Assembly: GCF_024521635.1 (NCBI RefSeq)
Contig: NW_026250436.1
Coordinates: 1 to 64,000 of the forward strand
Source of the DNA: Tricharina praecox
Taxonomy: Eukaryota
Reading direction: 5' to 3'
DNA: 64,000 bases
In this document: piece by piece, positions 25,201-37,074 of the stretch
Layout of the letters: every line of letters starts with the position of its first letter
Position numbering within the stretch: position 1 is the stretch's first letter
Program-made: the position numbers and the translations under genes
Notes under the pieces: model-generated
What the model was told of the DNA's origin: nothing
Seen by the model: only the letters and a program-made list of their open reading frames with translations
The model's database searches: none

Positions 25201-28200
25201 ACGTAAAACGTTCCCGTCATGGAGACAGACAGCGGCTGGCAGTACTGAACCGCCAATGTAGCGGTAAGATCCCAGTGTCCGTAGATCGCAGCAATGATCA
25301 AGCGGAACATGTGGTACATGTAGATGTGGCTAAGACTCTCAGATCCCGTGAGTCTCGCCAGATCCTTCGCGTTCCCGAGAGCTTCACCCTCAAAGCACAA
25401 CGGATCCGGATTCCCGGTGCCCTTGAGGTTGAGCAAAAACTGGAGTGGCAGATTCAGCCACCACATTCCCGTCTCCTGTTTGAACCGTCGGATGTTGGGC
25501 CTCGCGGCTGACATCTTAGAATGAACCGTATTTAGGTTCTCCCCACTCAGCATTCCGAACGAAGTCAGTTCCACCATGGCAAACGTAGTGTAATCGACGT
25601 TGAACACCTGTAAACCCGTCTGTACCGCCTGCTTGAGGCATCGTATAACATCGCTCATGGGCTGGTGGAATACGCCAATGTGGCCAGCATAAACCTGATA
25701 GATCGCGGGAGACAGCGGGTGGCGCGTACGACTGTGCTCGATGAGTTTTATAGCGAGTTGTCCGTAGGCGTGACTGCGAGCAAGATTATCCTGCGTGGCC
25801 TCAGATCCCAGAATGACACCAGTCATCAGCACGGGGTACGCTCCAGCCAGGGATATACCGTATTCTAACGTGATGGCCACACTGGTGAAGCAGACCGCAG
25901 GAAGAAGCGAAGGACGACTCATGTTGATCGGCAGTAGCAGCGTCGAAATGATCTCCTGAAGCAGGAGCAGATTCTCGTCCTTCATCTCGTGCATCTTCGC
26001 AATATTTCTAATCTGCTTGACATCTAGGAGGATCCGTGGTCTCATCATCTGCGCGTGCTTCCTCGCCTCCTCATCGTCCAGCGGAACCTCCCGGGAGAGA
26101 ATACTAAGTCCAGTCAATCCTGCTTCGATAGCCTCATTGAGTTTGCCCTGAATAAGTAGACAGTTCATCTTGTTGATGAGGCACCGGACCTTGTCCTTAC
26201 TCTGGCTGCATGTCGGTAGGATATCCTCGGCCAGTTTTATGGACTCGGCGTATTTGACGTCAGCAAAGTATGCCTCCATGAGGGAAATGTTAATCTCGGT
26301 GCCAAGTTCATCCAGGGTGCGGTTATCCGGGCGGGGCTTCAGCGTCAGAAGGTTATTCTGACCAAACGACACCGTATTGTTGAAACCAAACGACAGCCGC
26401 TTCACGGGATTATGCCGGCAAGCGTCGTCCTCCATCTCCGCATCGCCGAGAACTCGCTTGGCAATCTGAAAGTAGCTGAGCGCGGTAGCAAACGCTGGGG
26501 TCAGTAGCGCCCTTTTCCCGGCTTTCAGATTAAGCTCCATAAGCACTCTCCGTTCCGAGGGTCCCAAGGGTGTCAGGTAGTGGTTGAGCTGATTGACAAC
26601 CTCGAAAACCGTGCTACTATCCAGATCCTCCTCCGTCGCTCTCTCCAGCATTCGCATGCCCACCATGCGATGAAGCCCAGCTTGCTCTCCGGGGGGGATG
26701 AGGCTGTAAGCTGCCTGACGAACCCGGTCATGCAGGAACTTGTACGTCGCATCCTCCTCATCCGGATTCGGGATTCCAGCTAATTCGTTATGCCTCCGCC
26801 CATTCTCGTCCGGGTCCGGATATGCTCCGCCACCGTCCAGCTTCCCGGGCCTCGCTCCTTCCAGGGCCAGGTGAATCTTGTAGTTTCCTCCCGTCGGGAG
26901 GATCAGACCAGCATCCAGAGCACCCCAGAGGTCGTTTGCCGTCTCCTCAATTCGTTTGCCCGCGGCTGTAGCCAGCGTGCGCAGAGATATCCGTTCGGTT
27001 CCGATGCAAGACGCCAGCATCATCGCTGTCCGTGTGTCATCGCTGAGCTTAAGCATCTGTTTGACCAGCAAATCCACCACGGTCGGCGGCAGGTCGTCTG
27101 GTTCCTGAAGATTCGTCAGCAGTGCCGCACACCTTGACCGCCGAAACCCGAAACCTACAAGGGTCGTGAGATCGAATCTCCACTCGTTCTCACGGAAATC
27201 AAACACGATATGGCCTCCTCGGTGCAAACTCTTCAATAACTGAACAACAAAGAATGGATTTCCCTGGGTCTTTGCGTACACCAATTCCACCAGAGTCTGC
27301 ATTTCCGAGTCCTCCCTTACGCGCTTCGAACACGGATCCCGGAATAGCGTGTCCCCAATGATGCGGCGCACCGACTCCTGGCTCAGCGGTTCGAGTCGAA
27401 GATCAACCACCTTCACCGAAATCTCACGAATGTACTGCAGCATTCCCAGTAGCGGATGGTCCTCCGTCACTTCCGAATCCCTAAACGCCGCCAATATGAA
27501 GATACCTAGAACCGGGACACACACACCATGGTTAGCGTTATCGCGTATACCCGCCAGATAGAAAGTGGTAGGCATGATTATAGATGAACAAGAGGAACGG
27601 CTTGCCAACCCCGATCCCATGGGCCATTACTCTGTCTCATGCCGTTACGAGGAGGCCCATCCGCCGAATTGGGTTCGCCTGTCGGAGTATCCACAGATGA
27701 CCCATCCCACTCGCGCATCTTTCTGTTTGCCTCCTCGGCGATGTTAGCGATCAGCATGAACTCGCTTTGCGAACACCATTGCAAATCGTCCAAGAACATG
27801 ACCACGCCCTTGCGGCCAACTGTAGCACACACACACCAGGTCGTCAGTAGGCCGCAACCAGCACCAGATGACCCGAGAATCCCTAGCTTACATATGGCGA
27901 GCAGCCTCCCAAAAGCATCCCGAAACCGACTCTCCCGCTCGACAGGCCCGAGGCTCGCCAACGGCTCCACCTTGAAATCCGGCCCAAGAAGCAACTTAAG
28001 CTCGGGGATCACGTCGATGAGTACCGCCGCGTCGCCATCGAACGCTCTGATCGTTTCTGTCCGCCATCGTGCAAGGCTCTGTGGTGGCTCCGACAACACC
28101 TGGCGTATCAAGTCCTGCAGTGTCTGAATTAAGGTGAACAAGCTGATTCCTTTCTGGTCCGGTTCAAACTTCGACGTTGTGAAGAATCTGCCCCAAAGAC

Positions 28201-30268
28201 AATTACTCAGTCCCATATCACGGCCGGCCAAGCGGGGAAAGCACCAGCCACAACGAACCCTTTATTCTCCACCACCGGCCGCTGAATCTCATTCACCAAT
28301 CTGCTCTTTCCGACACCGGAACCACCCTGCACCGTCACCAAAACGCATCCGCCATGTCTCACACAATCTTTGTACGCCGAGTGGAGTTCCGCAACTGCCT
28401 CTTCCCGCCCGTATAGCTTCTCCGTAATCACGAACTGCGACGTCGTATCCAGCTGACCGATATTGACCCCTTTCAGTGACTTGCCCTCAGAGAGCAACTG
28501 ACAAATAAGATCGAGATCCGCCTTGAGGCCCGACGCTGTCTGATATCTGTCTTCGGCGTTCTTCTGTAGGAGCTTCATCACAACGTCAGAGATAGCTGTC
28601 GGGATCGAAGCATTGACTTCGGATGGGGGTCTTGGAAGTTGGGCGATGTGCATGTGTATTAATTCTTTTTTTAGAAAACGGATCTATCATCAGCCTTATC
28701 TTTGAGGTGGGGGGGCCTTTGCCTTTTGGGGGAAAATCAAGAACGTCAAGACGGGGGCCAGGGATCGTTGATGACGTACCTAACGGTTCAGCAGACCGAA
28801 ACGGCTGCGGCACCCCAAAAGTTAGCAGGCATAAATAAAAATAAACATGTGACTAGGGGTCTACCAAGAATCCTACGACAAGTTCGTAGAGCGCAACACC
28901 AAGGGAATAAAAGTCCGCCCGATAGTCTACTGATCTGTTCATCCTTCCGGTACACTCCGGAGCAATGTACTGCAGCGGCGCAGGATTCTCGCCCCTCAAC
29001 ATCGCACCGTTGGCACTCCTACCCAACTCTTGACGCTCCAGCCTCGACGCCAGATGCCATCCTCCCAGTTTCCCCTGGATACCAGTACTGTTCGATGCTC
29101 GCGCCACCATGACGGAGAAGGTGTTGATGTTGTTGTGAGTGACCCCAGCTCTGTGCGCACAATCCAGCACTCCGACGACCGACGAAAACGCGGTTAGGAT
29201 CTTGATCAGGTCAGACTGCGTGCGAGGCTTTGGGGCCGGCGGTGCCGGCGTTGCGGGGCCTCCTCCGGGAGAAAGAGCTGGTGATGTACCCAGAATATGC
29301 GGTTTGCCATCTCGGTCCGGCAGGAAAGCTTCCCTTACGGTCATATTGGTGGGTTCGTCCGAGTATATCAGTGTGAGCCCGCCGTCCTGCAGGTAGTCCC
29401 ACGCGTAAGGCCGCACCACATTCGGCATGCTGGCTAACTTCGCGGCCGAGAAGGTACTGGTAGTGGAGCCGTTACTAGTGGCGGATCCGGTACTGTACTG
29501 TTCCGACGTGGGCGTGTTGGCAAAGGCCACCTTGGAACCCGGGGTTGGGGTCTCCGAGAGCATCTTCCATTCCAACCGGAGGCGCGCCAGCGTGTCCAGG
29601 TGGTTGACGGTGCACAGTTTGAGCATGACCGCTTTCCCGGTGGTAGAGGACTTTGCGCGATATACATGGATGCGATTGAGCGAATACACGGGCGTTAGAT
29701 CGGTGTATCCGGTCACCTCTGGAATCTTGATTTCGAGTGGTTGCATCGGGGTGGTGGCATCTATTGCCGTCGGTTTCTCGGCCAAGGGCACCGAGCTCGT
29801 GCTATCCATTCGCCGTAACTCGGGTGACGGTTGCGATGGGACTTCCGATTGTTCTTCCCCGAAAACCTGGATACTCCCCACCTCAGCACCAGGCGGGGCA
29901 GTGTCCTCAGTGGGACCTTCCGGCGGTGGAGGGACCGCCGCGGCGGTGCCGGCAGACACTATCATTCCATACGGCGTTGCCCCTCCCGACCCCGCATTCC
30001 CGGCCACGCTCAGTAGTTGACCCACGAGGGATGTTGCTGCGTTCACCGACCCGCTCACGAGAACGGGTATCGGAGTAGCGTTGGAGGAGGCCGGCGATGA
30101 TGCGGACGAGAACTGATGACCACTCAGGATGCGACTAGTTCTTGGCGATGGTATGGGCGGGGAGGAGACCTGTGGTGGCGGATAAGGCTGTTGTTGTTGC
30201 TGTTGCTGTTGCGACTGTGGTTGCGAGGGGGCGCTGGAACCGACCGATGAAACGGGCCCGGCGGACAT
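22249..30268 (-). CDS. Large hybrid histidine kinase, group X / Chk1-Mak2/3 type: Ser/Thr-kinase-like, P-loop ATPase, GAF, HisKA, HATPase_c and receiver domains; multi-intron
   Basis: YIAPECTGRMNRSVDYRADFYSLG; Walker A GGSGVGKS; FLDDLQW; TQGNPFF; FLHDRVRQAAY; GAF segment GVLYLEN; H-box FLAN|MSHEIRTP; N-box NLIGNAVKFT; DTGIGI; GGTGLGL; receiver LLAEDN…MDIQMP…KP. First in-frame ATG (MSAGPVSS) is at 30268. Confidence 0.93.
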
Positions 30269-31909
30269 CTGTCCTCGGCGACCTGAAGGATGGGGGGGCG
30301 GTGGCGGTGTATCAGCAGTACGCCGCCGTTTGTGACGATGCTCCGAATGCGTGGTTGCGAAGGGTGTCCCTTGAAAGAGACAAGGGAGTATGGATGTGGG
30401 TGGGGGTTGTGGGAGTTGAGGAGGAGGGGGAGGGGACAAGAGCGAGAGTGATTGTGAAGTGGGAGGGGGGGTGTTCTGGCGCCGTCTTCGTCGTCTTCGG
30501 TTCGGAGAAGGCTGAAGTTGATGGTCCTGGGCACTATCTTTGCATCGTTCCGTGGGCTCTGGGGTGCTGCTACTGCTACTGCTACTGCTACTGCTAGCAC
30601 TGGTGCTTCCTCTTCTGCCGGGCCTCTCTAGATCTGGTTGCGGGGGTGAAGACTGAATGGTGGGCGGGTTGGGGGGTTTAGGGTGGGGGGGGGTATGGTA
30701 TCGAGCACGGTGGGTGTGCTTGCTAGGGGTGGGAACTGGGCGATAGTGCGGGCACGGGGAGGGAGCAGTCGAGTGGAAGGCGGATAGCCGGGGGCAGCCG
30801 CTTCGGGACCTACACGGGGAGGGAGGTGTTGGGTGGTGGTGGTGGTGGTAGGAATGCAAGTGAAGTATTCGGTGACAAGATATTTCGATAGAGAGAGATA
30901 GCGGGCAGGGTAGAGAGAGAGTAGAGTAGATAGATCGAAGAGTCAAGCCACTTGTTTTGCTTCTTGGATCGTTAGGGGTGTGGTGTCTCGGAGCTCGCTC
31001 TCATTCCCGCTTCTCGATATCACAACAATCCCAGTCAGTAGCACGTGACGGTGGAGCTAGAGTATCTCCGTCTAGTCTGCGGTAGTTCGAGACTCTTCTT
31101 CTTCTTCGTCTTTTTCTTCTTCTTCTGTTGGATATACAAACTCCCACCCGGCTTCTTTTCTGTTGTAGGGGATGGAGCAGTGGTAACAAGTGGGCAGACA
31201 GACAGTCCAGTCCGCACGGGTAGAAGAAGCAGTGCTACGTACTCGTCCGTGAGAGAGTTCCCAAGAATAGAACGAACGTGGACGGGAATATGTGTGCGCA
31301 AGGGGGTTGTTGTGTATGTGTGTGTCCCCTGTTCCTTTTTTCCTTCCTCCAGTCGAAGACTCGTATGTAGGCCCTGCAGCGGAAGAAAAACTTTTGGTGG
31401 ATGTGATGATGTGATGATGCGATGATATGTGTGTGGCAGGATGAAACGATAATTAGGATTTTGTGGGGATTGTGGGGACAGAAGTTATTGTCTTTTTGGG
31501 TTTTCTTTCTTTTCGGAGGCGAAGTGAAGTGGACCGCGTGGTGATGGATACTTTGGGTAGGCAGTGTGGGTGTATACCTCCTTCGAGTAGGATTGGGATG
31601 CGCGGCCGCGCGGAGTGTGAAGACTGGCAAGACTGGGGGGAGGGAGGCGGGGGGCGGAGAGAGGGACAGAACAGACAAACAAAGCGGAGCGGATTGATGT
31701 GCCGAAGCAGGGTAAGAGGAAGGCCGTGTGTTCGAGGTTACGGGTTGCAGAAGGCGGGCGGGAAGGGAAGCCTCAAACCGCCGACAGACAAGGGATATGC
31801 GGAGAGGGGGAGGGGCGGGGATGGCAACAGCGATATGCGGTGAAAGAATGCGAGGGGAACAAGCCACGGTTATGATGCCGGTGCCTGATGATGATGGCGG
31901 TGGTGGTAT

Positions 31910-31968
31910 GTAGTGGTGGTGGTGGTAATGGTGGTGGTGGTAATGGTGGTGGTGGTAATGGTGGTGGT
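31910..31968. repeat. Compound (GGT)n/GGTAAT microsatellite
   Basis: gtggtggtggtggtaatggtggtggtggtaatggtggt…. Confidence 0.9.
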
Positions 31969-34900
31969 AGAGGGGATTGCGGTTGCCAATCGTCGTGTGC
32001 TACCTATGCGTGTTGGTAAAGCGTCTTACGTGCGAATTAGAGTAGGAGGTGTGGAGTTGGTTTGTTACCGCATGTAGCTCGTCGTAGAGGAGAGCTGGCT
32101 ATCGCGGTCTGAACGGGAGTGGTTAGAGTAGTTAGAGGGGAGCATTCGGTCCAGCTAGAGTCTAGCTGCAGCAGGCGGTAAAGGCTTGCCTCTCCGTCCG
32201 TGCGCTCGTGGTCCCCCCAAGTTCGCAACCCTCCTTTGGCGGGGACGGAAGAGTGGTCCGCAACCATGATTGGATCGTAAAACACACATTCCCCGTGAGA
32301 GTGGAAACGGGCAGGTTTGCACTTTGCAGTCATCCACTCCCGCGCTTAAACAATGCGATGGAATATATATCGGATGCGTGTCGCGTTGGAGCTGGCGGTC
32401 GGCAGGTCCCGACGATAGTTTCCGAGCAGGTGATTACTGCTTGACGATTCACACCGCACCGAACTCTAATGTTGTGGCCTACCGATATGTAGAGGCATCT
32501 CCTCTCTACCAGGTAAGTACTCCCCGGTACGATGCCGTACCCAGAGCATCCGACAACCCCCGAGCACGTGATGGGTCTACCATGTATCCCGTCCAATCGA
32601 CGGTACGAAACCCTCAGTTCTCTGCCGTCGGCATCTGCATCGACCTTCTCTCTCTCTCCCTCTCAGCCCGTCCGCCCTAGCAGTTCCCGAAGCAGAATCG
32701 TGCCTCCGGATACCGGACCACACTCCCATCCCACCCATCGCATTCATCCCCTCCCATCCCCGCGTTGACGTCATCCCCCCCTCCCCTCCTTCGCACTGCT
32801 CACTGCTCACTTTTTTCTTTCGTCGGAAAAAAAAAAGCAAACGCACACACGCACCGCACACGCACCGAAAAAATGCCCGTGCCTTTCTCTCGTCCACCTC
32901 TCCCGTCCACCTCCCCCCCCGTCCCCATCTCCCCCTCCCCAATCCCCGTGCATGCATGCGTGCGTGCAATGTGCATACCGTAGAGTACCTCCCATGTGCA
33001 TAAGTACCTACATTCCACACAGTACTCAAGTCGAAACCAGCCTGCAGAATACTTCTTCAGAGTCCAAGAGCGATGCACGCCTGTAGGCTGTCCGTGTCGG
33101 CCGCGGTCAGTTCCTCGGCATCCCGAACCCCCCGCCGGACCCAAGCCGGACCCAAGCCTCGGGGAGCAACCGGATCGGATCGATAGACACCCACCTGGGT
33201 ACCTATCATATCTACACATCCATCGTGCATGGATCGGTTGGGGCTCCGTTAGTTTGTGCTCCGTTGGCTGTCGTTGGATGGCGTTGGTTGACTGGCGTTG
33301 GTTGGCGTTGGCGTTGCGGCTTACCCGCTTTACCGCTTGTGGTAGGCTATCGCAGTTGCAGGGGGGGGGGACGGGGACGGGGGGCGGCCGCGTAGAGTTC
33401 TGACATGTTCAAATTGGAATGCGTGTTTCAGCTTTGCGACTCCCGACGAGCGAGTGCTTGGCTAAGCAGGTGCATGGGGTGTCACTCGGCGGCCGAGTGT
33501 GCGGGAGCCGGGAGGTAAAATCCGCTCTGCGGAAGCGGCGATGGTGGGGAGCACCGCAGCGGAAAGGTGCTCCACCACGGGTTCCGAACTTCCGACGCCG
33601 CGTACGTTTTGTCCATCCCGCTCGTTCGTTGAACTTTGAAACCGGGAGTCGACTGTCGACGCCACGCCAGCCTTACGGTTGTTGTAACTACTCGTAGACT
33701 ACCGTGGTGAGTACGGCCGTGGACAAGTCACTGGGCCACGGAATCCCGCAGCAGCGGGTCGCTAGGCCTTGCCTACCGTAGATGGCGTTGCCAAGTGGAT
33801 CGAATGAGCGAGATCGAATGAGCGACAGCCAGCGGCGGTTCGGGGACTTTATCGGCTTTCAGACTGGTAGGTACTGCTCAAATTGCCCGTTTGCTCGCTC
33901 CCGCGGGCATGGTAGATCGGATCGCTATCCGGTGGATCGGTACTGGCACCTATCGCTGTGGGTTCCCGTACCGTGTGTAGAGGGCCTGCAATTGGAAGTT
34001 GGATCCAGCTCCCATATCTATATAGAAACGAACGGTATCGGGGCGTATCGGTAGATCATCTCTCGTCTTTCGTCTACGGTAGGTATGCTGAGCACTCGCA
34101 TGGCACCGTACCTACAGGTACCGTACAAGTACCGGTACTCTACACATGACTCGGCCACAAACCTCCGCCCGCAAGCTACGTCCCGGCCGTACTGTATCGT
34201 ACTGTATCCACGTCCACACTTCACACTTCACACTTACTTCCTCGAGCGGTCACCGGTGCGGTGTGAACTCTGCAGCGAGAAACCACGTGGCCAAACGGCC
34301 AGATTGCCGCTGGATTGCCGCTCAAGCGACGCCCAAGTGACGTAATCCTCCTCCTGCAGAGTCCAGAGTCCACGGGTCAAGACCCAACTGGGCAATGGAC
34401 ATCAGCATGGCTAGCTAGCTATTTCCCCGCCTGACACCTGTCAAGACTCAACGGCTGTCAACGGCTGTCAATGGCCGTTTCACCGGTCTGGTACGGCGGC
34501 ACCTGGCGGCTGCGATCTGCATGCTGCGTCTTCCCGTTGCGCCCTGAAAAGCCGCCTAGGTAGGTAGAGGGTTGGATTTTGACTGTTGGTGGAAGTCGGA
34601 TTCGCAGTAATGCTGCGGATGCTGGCCTGTGGGTGGCACCGCGATAGAAGCTGGCGATAACCGTGATGTTGTGCCGTGATCTCAAAACTTGGGACCCGCC
34701 GGTTCTACCATAAGGCAATCCATCCACCGATCCTACCCCTCCCCTCCGCTGTCTCGACTCTCGACATACGGCCCCACCACCGATCCATACCCCCGTAGCT
34801 CGGCGTAGATCCGTACATCTAGACCCTGAGAGTGCCCATGCTGTTGATCACGGTGACAGGGCATAAAATCAAGAAATCACAAGTTCGCACTCGAACGGAG

Positions 34901-35283
34901 CGTCGATCGTCAATCACCGATGAGCAGAGCCCCTGCACATCCGACCTCCACTATCATCTCTTCTCCTCCAACCTGCCAGATTCCGGGCATGTACGATGAA
35001 TGTAAGAAGCAAAAAAAGGTAAAATTGAATCCGAAAACGCAAAGTAAAACCAGTTGAACCTAACAGGGTTATCCAGCGTAGTACACACACAAACAAACGC
35101 CGACCACGCGACCCGACCGACACCACCCGACCAACACCACCTACATCTACCGGAAACGCAGACGGGAGAAAAGCAGAAAAGATGAAATAAAAAAGTCGTC
35201 TTGTTGACACGGGGGAAGGAAAAAGAAAATAAAGCATATCCTATAGCCCCCGTTCCATACAGAGACTCATACATGTTTCCGCG

Positions 35284-36657
35284 CTACACTACGCTCATCC
35301 TGAGTCTCTTTCTGCTGGTCCTGGGGGTCTTGGTGGCGGTGATTGGACCATCGCCGTCGTCCGCAGGACCGCCGGCTGTAGCCTTCGCGCTCTTGGAATG
35401 GTGGTCCTTATCCTTCTCCCGGCCCTTCTCCTTCTGGTCAAGGACAATCGACAGAATGTCGAAAGCGAAGTGGGGGAACTCAAGAATCATAGCCTTGAAT
35501 TCCGCTTCGGCCTCGTGGCGGAGAACGTGACCTGTCGAAAGTTAGATTGATGTGGCTGTGGTAGGTGCGTTAAACTTACTGCGGTGGGCCCAGAAGCTGG
35601 CAATGGGCTGGCGGATCGTCTCGTCGTCTTTGCTGGTGTTCTCGTAGACAAACTTAGCATAGCGTAGTTCGCCCTTGGCGGTGGAGTTTATGCGGTGGAT
35701 CTTCGAGTGAGCGAGGTGCTTGAGTTCCGGAAGCTGTAGCTTCTCGGCGAGGGTGTACACCTTGGCGTGTCTGAGAAGGTTGTCGCCGGCCTCATCGACT
35801 TGGGAGTCGTCGGTGTGTTCGAGAACCTGGTCTTCTGCCTTGCCCGAGGCTCCTGGCAGCAAACGGGGTGTGTACTCGCCAACGTACAGGTATTCGAGGA
35901 AGGAACCGACAGCTCCTAGGTCCTCGTCGGGGAGCTTCACGATGCGTTCGTCGTGAGGCGTAGAATTGCTGTAACTAGAGCAGGCTTCGGCAAACCACTG
36001 TGACTTCTGGAGGAGCGCAAGGTGTGCGGAGAGTATGGTTTCGCGTGGCGACTGTCCAACCATGATATGGATCACGGGCGACTTGAGGTAGCTATTCATG
36101 TCAGCCATGTTTGGGGTTTTGGGGATTGGCGGCTGTGTGGAATCTGCGGTGTCCATATAGAATCGAAGTTGAGGGGTGGTGGGTCGTGACTCGTCGGTTT
36201 TGAAGGTAGTGGTAGCGAAGGTAGTGGTAGAGGTAGTCGTGGTGTGGGTTGTGAAGTCAACCAACAAAGCCGGAGCACATGTTTTACACGACACTAGCTC
36301 TACCGACGCCAGCTCTACCGACGCCAGCTCTACCGACGCCAGCTCTACCGACGCCGCGACCACCCACAACACATCCAGAACTGAATTGCAGCGAAAGAAA
36401 AGGCAACTAACTCACTCAATGTACGTCATTCTCTTCTCCACCTCCATCGGCTCAACCCATCTATCCTGTTCCTCCGCAGCGGTGGCTTCCTGGGTCGGGG
36501 GTTGAGTCGAGTCGGCATTCTCGGCGTCGTTGCCCTCAGCAGCAGCAAGACCCTGATCCAACTCTTGTGCAATCGATTCGACCATATCGAGGCCGTCCAT
36601 ACCGTCGACCGGAGTCTCCTCAGCCTCGAATGCGGGATGCTCGGTGACGTTGTCCAT
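35284..36657 (-). CDS. Conserved fungal BTB/POZ-domain protein, 2 introns
   Basis: Exon 1 MDNVTE…MTYIE. Exon 2 YLKSPVIHIMVG…AHLALL.KS.WF…LPDED…FLEYLY.GEY…HAKVYTLAEK. Exon 3 HVLRHEAE…EFPHFAFDIL and a basic tail RKRLR. Introns at about 36093-36414 and 35532-35580. Confidence 0.85.
36297..36356. repeat. 15-bp minisatellite, 4 copies, inside the first intron of the BTB gene
   Basis: gctctaccgacgcca repeated four times; the last copy ends in g. Confidence 0.9.
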
Positions 36658-37074
36658 TGTGCCGCGCGTGTGTTTTAGGTGAATATGAGATACGCGTACG
36701 GGTCACGAATCAATTCGGGAACTGGAGGAACGGAAGCGAGAGAGGGCGTCTCGGAGTGGGTGTGGTAACGAACGAGGGTGGTGATGGGTCAGGCTGGGTA
36801 TTGTGGTGGGGGAGGTGCGATGATGTTGATCAGCGGACTACCTTGTTGGGTTGATGGTTTCGTGTTTGACGTTTAGGTCAACCGAGACGCACCTTAACTT
36901 AGACCACATCAGTAGTGCAATAACAAGGGCGTCCCCACAACAACCATGCAGCCACACAAGAAACAACAACGTTACAACACAACAGTACAGTCCTAAAGGT
37001 AAATGAACAAAATACACAAATTTTTGCGATCCATATGCGCATTTTCTGCGTAGTCGGAATATTTCGCAACCGGA

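Noticed and set aside
36093..36372. N-terminal ASVEL-repeat protein sequence in ORF 35542-36372
   Set aside because: It is a translation of the 15-bp minisatellite inside the BTB gene's first intron. The real exon 1 is about 36415-36657.
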